Assembly (NCBI GenBank): GCA_001029635.1
Contig: CP011209.1
Coordinates: 157,352-221,351 of the forward strand
Reading direction: 5' to 3'
DNA: 64,000 nt
From: Candidatus Wolfebacteria bacterium GW2011_GWB1_47_1
GTDB lineage: Bacteria; Patescibacteriota; Minisyncoccia; UBA6257; UBA9933
The notes under the pieces were generated by a model. It was not told the origin of the DNA. It ran no database searches and saw only the letters and a list, made by a program, of their open reading frames with translations. Shown one piece after another: positions 58,984-64,000 of the stretch. The translations under genes and the position numbers were made by a program. The first letter of the stretch is position 1. Every line of letters starts with the position of its first letter.

Positions 58984-61900
58984 ATGGAAAAGAAGAAGGG
59001 AGGCGGAGGCGGGTGTTACGGGAATAATGAGATTCGGGAGGCTCATGTAATAAGACGAAAAGTAAAGGCTATAAAAATATATTTCAAAACCGTGCAAACT
59101 ATTGTAAACAATAATCGAATAAGGAGCGGCTTAGGGAGGGTAACCGTAATTGCGTTCATGCTATCGATAATCATGGCGCAGGCAAATATTACAAAAGGGG
59201 CAACTTATACGTTCGTCCAGACCGATTGGAGCGGTGGGGCTTCTGCAGAAATGGCGGCACATCTAACTGACCGAGCAGGGTGGAACAGATATAATACCGC
59301 ATCGAGTTCAATAACAATATCGACCGTAGGAGAGATCACGCTTGCACAAACCAGTACATCTTCAACGCAAACCAGTGAAGTTGACTTTGCCGCGGGGACG
59401 TTGGCGAGTACTACAATCGTAGGGGCTGGGATGACGGCGAATGTGCAACTATCCTCAAATTATATTTCGATTGCCGGAGGTGGTTATCATTCGGTTGCAC
59501 TTAAGAGCGATGGTACGGTCTGGGCATGGGGGCGTAATAACTACGGAGAGTTGGGAGAGGGGAGTGGAATAAGTAAGTCTACCCCAGTGCAAGTTTCTGG
59601 TCTGAGCGATGTAATCGCAGTTTCTGCGGGGGGGGATCATGCGCTTGCCCTTAAGAGCGATGGTACGGTCTGGGCATGGGGATATAATGCAAACGGGCAG
59701 TTAGGGGATGGGACGACGATTAACAAAACCACCCCAATCCAAATAGCAGGCTTGAGCGGAGTTCGTACTGTTTTGGCTGGGAGTCTACACTCGCTCGTTC
59801 TTAAAGATGATGGCACTGTTTGGGCATGGGGCGAGAATGGCCAGGGGCAGTTAGGGGACGGGACGACAACTGACAAAACCACTCCGGTGCAGGTAGTGGG
59901 TTTGACTGGAGTTGAATCGATCGGTGGAGGGAATGATAGTAGCCATTCGTTTGCGCTTAAAGATGATGGCACTGTTTGGGCATGGGGCGATAATTACAGT
60001 GGACAATTAGGGGACGGGACGACAACTGACAAAACCACTCCGGTGCAGGTAGTGGGTTTGACTGGAGTTGAATCGATCGGTGGCGGCTTTTACTTCTCAG
60101 TTGCGCTTAAAAACGACGGGACGATCTGGACATGGGGAGCAAATACTTACGGGCAGCTAGGTAATGGCAGTACGACTGGTAGTAGGTCTATTCCTGCGCA
60201 GGTAGTAGGGTTAGCTGATGTCAGCGCGATCTCTGCCGGTTTTGGCCATACCATTGCGCTTAAAAACGACGGGACGATCTGGACATGGGGGTATAATACG
60301 AGTGGACAGATCGGGGATGGAACAATCGTAAATAGATTGACTCCCGCGCAGATAGCGGGTTTGACCGGAGTCGGAATTATTGGCACAGGTAATAATCATT
60401 CCCTTGTTGTAAAAACCGACGGCTCGGTTTGGACATGGGGTAAAAATGATATAGGGCAGTTGGGAGATAATACCGCAACAAATAGACTAACACCGACGCA
60501 GGTATGGTCTTCTGTCCCCTCGGGATATTTTTCTGGAGGGAAGATACCTACTTCCGCAACGACCACTACGATCGCAGCGGGAGATAATTTTTCCCTTGCC
60601 CTTAAAACCGACGGCACTGCTTGGGCGTGGGGGCATAATTACTACAAACAACTAGGGGATGGGAGTACGATTCAAAAATCAGCGCCATCGCAAGCGCTAA
60701 CCTCGGGAGAGATTAGCTCGGTTGACGGTGGACAATATCATACGATCTTCCTTAAAACCGATGGAACAGTTTGGGCATCGGGAGCTAATAATTATGGACA
60801 ACTAGGAGATGGAACAACGAGTGGTAAGGCTACACCCGTGCAAGTTTCTGGTCTTGTTGGAGTTAGCGCAATAAGTGGGGGGAGTAATCACACTATTTCA
60901 GCAAAAGCAGACGGCACTGTATGGGTATGGGGTTACAATAATTATGGGCAATTGGGGAATGGGACGACGACGGATAGTCTGATCCCAATTCAAGTTCCTG
61001 GCTTGACCGGGATTAGTGGTGTCGCAGGCGGTGAAAGTCATTCGCTCGCCCTTAAAACCGACGGCACCGTCTGGGCATGGGGATATAATACAAACGGACA
61101 GCTAGGCAACGGGACAACAACGAACAGTCTGATCCCGATTCAAGTTTCCAACTTAACAGGGGTCAACGCAATTGCCGCCGGGCGATTCTTTTCGCTCGCC
61201 CTTAAAACCGACGGCACCGTCTGGGCATGGGGAGCTAATAGTAGCGGGCAACTAGGAGATGGAACAACGGTAAACAAACTAATCCCGACGCAGGTGTTGG
61301 GGGTTTCCGGAGCGAGCGCCATTGCCGCCGGCTTCTCGCATTCACTCGTACTTAAAACCGACGGCACCGTCTGGGCATCGGGATTTAATAATTATGGACA
61401 ACTAGGAGATGGAACAACGGTTAATAAGTCTATGCCAATCCAAATCCCCAGCTTGACCGGAGTAAGCGCTGTGGCAACTGGTGCGTATCACTCGCTCGCG
61501 CTCAAGAATGACGGCACTGTTCAATCATGGGGGTATAATGCTGTTGAGCAACTGGGAGATACGACGGTTACCAGTCGGTCTACTCCAGGAGTAGTTAAGG
61601 GATGGATTACTGCGATGGATAATATATCAGTGGGCACGATCTATCGAACAGTCGGATTACTTACATCACAGGTTATAGACACCGGACAAAAAAGTGCATA
61701 CGGTACAATGACATTCACCTCGACGATTCCGGCCGACGCCGGAATGAGTGTCGACATACATTCAGGCAATAGTGCCACGCCGGATGGTTCGTGGACGGAG
61801 TGGCAAACAAATATTATAAGCGGAGACGCTATTGCGTCTCAAAATGGAAATCGGTATGTGCAATACCGAGTGAACTTCACTTCGAACGGGGTTGTTACGG

Positions 61901-64000
61901 CGCAATTGAGTGATGTTACAATTAATTATTCCTCGTACCCGACGTTGCAAACACTCACATCTTCCATATATGACACTGGTGTGGCGGAAAACCTATTAAA
62001 TAAAATTATGTGGAGTGCGTCAACCACGGTGGTAAGCACGATCACGTTTCAACTGAGAACTTCCGCAAACGGAGAGACATGGACGGATTGGTATGGTGTG
62101 GATGGAGTAGGGTCATACTTTACTGCGTCTGATGGCACGCAAACGATGCCCGCACTATTTTCTGACGGCTTAGGAGATAGGTATATACAGTACCGGGTCT
62201 TTATTACGTCTGACGGTTCCGCAACGCCTGTGTTGATTGATACGGCTATAACATACGTGGTAAATGCACCGCCTGAGTTCGACTCGGTAGCAAGCACCAC
62301 AGCCACGCAGGTTTCTGACTCAGCAAACGAAAATTGGGGGAAGGTGGTGGTTAATTATTCAGTACGCGATAGTGATGCGGATACGGGGACTGCTCAACCT
62401 GGATATGTGACTCCTATATTTGAATATAATATCGGTAGCGGATGGCAGCCGATCTCATCAAGCACACTTGCAACGGGCGATAAAGAAAATAAGGAGGTGC
62501 AAACTTCGCTATACACGGCATATAGCGCGACCTGGGATGCGAAAGTTGAAATACCGGAACAGTATTCCGCAACTGCGCAGATTCGTGTTTCGGTGAGCGA
62601 TCGTGAAGCAGCTAATGCGACCACAACCGTCACCACGGCGAATTTTGTACTCGACACTAAGAAGCCCACATTTGCGACGGTAGCTTCTGATGGTGCTAAT
62701 GGCATCCTTGCCTATGCCGCATCGGACGATACGAATATAGCATATCGATTGTCCAATAATGCTGACTTGTCTCCGGATAATACAAATGCAACTGCGGGGA
62801 TTTGGGTTGATGCCGGGGCGACCAGCGTAAGCGCATCAACGACATGGATATTTACTGGGGATCCGCTTGCGCAATTGGCGTACTGCAATGTACATGATCT
62901 GTATGGCAATACTGCGACCAATACGATTGTACTTCCCGCAAGGCCGGAGAATTTTGATCTTAAGGATGTTTCAAACAATGTAACTCAGGAATTTCGCGAG
63001 TTTCTTTCCTGGAAAACATATACTGCAACGACCTCCGCGAATTTCTCGCGGTACGAAGTGTGGCGCAATGCCGACGGAGGAGCGTACTCTCTCTACCATA
63101 CTATTGGGGCCGCGCAAGGTGGACCTGATCTTAACTATTATATGGATGCGGTAGTTGCGTCTTCGACGATGTATGGATATAAGATTCGGGTTATTGATAC
63201 TGATGGCGACGGCTCTCTATGGGCAATCACTCCATCCGATCAACCTGATGGACAAGGGGGTACGGATGTTACTTCTCCTGATATTTCTGCCGTGACCACT
63301 GCGGAGCGACAATCGAATTGGGCGAAAATAACCTTCACTACGGATGAACCCACGTTCGCTTCGGTGACCTATAAAAAAGTGGATGGATCTGGGGAGACAA
63401 TCGCATCATCAACCTCACTTGGAACGAGCCACATAGTTGCGCTTCCGAATCTTGATCAGAATACGGTATATAGCTATAAGATATTTGCGGTGGATATATA
63501 CGGAAACGGTGCAACGGTAGACAATGGGGGCGAGTGGTATACGTTCACTACGCGACGCGGAACAAGGATATCCGATGTGACCGCTACGATCGTTGACGAT
63601 AAAAACGCGGTCATTGTATGGAATACAGACACGGATGCAAATTCCGCCGTTACGTATGCTACCAATGTGGCGAGTCTGAACAATGCGACCAACACAATTA
63701 CCGTGCAGAGTGCATCGCTAGTGGGAGGACCTCCGTATCAGCACAGCGTGACACTGACCGACCTGGCGGCACGCACTACCTATTGGTATTCCGTTTCATC
63801 TACTGACGAGGCGGGCGACGTTGCAACGGACAAAAACAATCTCGCATATTATTCTTTTACCACATCGTATGATCAAAAACCGCCGGTGATCTCGGATGTT
63901 TCCGTGCCGGTCACCGCACAGAATAGTATTGTGGCATACTGGAAGACAAATGAGCTTGCCGATGCGCGTCTTTCTATCGGAACGGCATCCTCTACGTACT
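58984..64000 (+). CDS. Second giant secreted RCC1-repeat/FN3 surface protein (paralog of 39625..48864), 5' partial; continues beyond the window end
   Basis: Continuous + strand frame from the ATG at 58984 (RBS GGAGG) to the window end with no stop; the track omits it because it is unterminated. Hydrophobic signal-like segment VTVIAFMLSIIMAQA; at least 18 RCC1-like repeats (GGYHSVALKSDGTVWAWGRNNYGELG...), then domains collinear with gene 1 (e.g. YIQYRVFITSDG, APPEFDSVAST). The start may instead be the ATG at 59158. Confidence 0.8.
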   Translation, partial: MEKKKGGGGGCYGNNEIREAHVIRRKVKAIKIYFKTVQTIVNNNRIRSGLGRVTVIAFMLSIIMAQANITKGATYTFVQTDWSGGASAEMAAHLTDRAGWNRYNTASSSITISTVGEITLAQTSTSSTQTSEVDFAAGTLASTTIVGAGMTANVQLSSNYISIAGGGYHSVALKSDGTVWAWGRNNYGELGEGSGISKSTPVQVSGLSDVIAVSAGGDHALALKSDGTVWAWGYNANGQLGDGTTINKTTPIQIAGLSGVRTVLAGSLHSLVLKDDGTVWAWGENGQGQLGDGTTTDKTTPVQVVGLTGVESIGGGNDSSHSFALKDDGTVWAWGDNYSGQLGDGTTTDKTTPVQVVGLTGVESIGGGFYFSVALKNDGTIWTWGANTYGQLGNGSTTGSRSIPAQVVGLADVSAISAGFGHTIALKNDGTIWTWGYNTSGQIGDGTIVNRLTPAQIAGLTGVGIIGTGNNHSLVVKTDGSVWTWGKNDIGQLGDNTATNRLTPTQVWSSVPSGYFSGGKIPTSATTTTIAAGDNFSLALKTDGTAWAWGHNYYKQLGDGSTIQKSAPSQALTSGEISSVDGGQYHTIFLKTDGTVWASGANNYGQLGDGTTSGKATPVQVSGLVGVSAISGGSNHTISAKADGTVWVWGYNNYGQLGNGTTTDSLIPIQVPGLTGISGVAGGESHSLALKTDGTVWAWGYNTNGQLGNGTTTNSLIPIQVSNLTGVNAIAAGRFFSLALKTDGTVWAWGANSSGQLGDGTTVNKLIPTQVLGVSGASAIAAGFSHSLVLKTDGTVWASGFNNYGQLGDGTTVNKSMPIQIPSLTGVSAVATGAYHSLALKNDGTVQSWGYNAVEQLGDTTVTSRSTPGVVKGWITAMDNISVGTIYRTVGLLTSQVIDTGQKSAYGTMTFTSTIPADAGMSVDIHSGNSATPDGSWTEWQTNIISGDAIASQNGNRYVQYRVNFTSNGVVTAQLSDVTINYSSYPTLQTLTSSIYDTGVAENLLNKIMWSASTTVVSTITFQLRTSANGETWTDWYGVDGVGSYFTASDGTQTMPALFSDGLGDRYIQYRVFITSDGSATPVLIDTAITYVVNAPPEFDSVASTTATQVSDSANENWGKVVVNYSVRDSDADTGTAQPGYVTPIFEYNIGSGWQPISSSTLATGDKENKEVQTSLYTAYSATWDAKVEIPEQYSATAQIRVSVSDREAANATTTVTTANFVLDTKKPTFATVASDGANGILAYAASDDTNIAYRLSNNADLSPDNTNATAGIWVDAGATSVSASTTWIFTGDPLAQLAYCNVHDLYGNTATNTIVLPARPENFDLKDVSNNVTQEFREFLSWKTYTATTSANFSRYEVWRNADGGAYSLYHTIGAAQGGPDLNYYMDAVVASSTMYGYKIRVIDTDGDGSLWAITPSDQPDGQGGTDVTSPDISAVTTAERQSNWAKITFTTDEPTFASVTYKKVDGSGETIASSTSLGTSHIVALPNLDQNTVYSYKIFAVDIYGNGATVDNGGEWYTFTTRRGTRISDVTATIVDDKNAVIVWNTDTDANSAVTYATNVASLNNATNTITVQSASLVGGPPYQHSVTLTDLAARTTYWYSVSSTDEAGDVATDKNNLAYYSFTTSYDQKPPVISDVSVPVTAQNSIVAYWKTNELADARLSIGTASSTY

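Noticed and set aside
59455-63806. Minus-strand ORFs 59455..59640, 59637..59972, 60147..60617, 61140..61367, 62049..62978 and others
   Set aside because: They are antisense to the continuous + strand giant-protein frame that starts at 58984 and is open to the window end.

Overview
This 64-kb window looks like part of a small bacterial chromosome around the replication origin. The gene set is reduced, with a short ThrRS, a short L13, and a 668-aa TopA, which is consistent with a CPR/Patescibacteria-like lineage; that lineage call is an inference.

Core genes recognised from the translations are ftsH (partial), trxB, trxA, a CsoR-family repressor, NUDIX and MazG hydrolases, dprA, topA, ligA, relA/spoT, rnpA, rpmH, dnaA, dnaN, a class A PBP, dnaE, thrS, a DedA protein, rpsL, rpsG, fusA, rplM, rpsI and tsaE. 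Four tRNAs are canonical (Asp-GTC, Val-GAC, Ile-GAT, Val-TAC). Three further tandem tRNA-like genes have anomalous anticodon arms.

The second half of the window is an accessory region. Two divergently oriented, paralogous giant secreted proteins (3157 aa, and more than 1670 aa running off the window) carry RCC1-like beta-propeller repeats and FN3/Ig-like domains. They bracket about 10 kb holding an AlkP-family gene, a 4-gene ABC-transporter/FG-GAP operon, a second FG-GAP protein, a YraN nuclease, a tandem cluster of six perfect consensus parS palindromes next to a DnaA-box palindrome, and a Xer-like tyrosine recombinase.

Several repeat families have no obvious annotation:
- a 3-copy cassette-like repeat flanking two AT-rich transporter genes, whose 40-bp core sits in opposite orientations between perfect 19-bp inverted repeats;
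- a 4-copy, roughly 143-bp element with terminal inverted repeats and a hairpin showing compensatory changes, each next to a GTAC-N14-GTAC palindrome;
- a 2-copy, roughly 85-nt conserved structured element.

TGA appears to act as a normal stop codon. All coordinates and motifs were read by eye from the sequence; no searches or folding were run.
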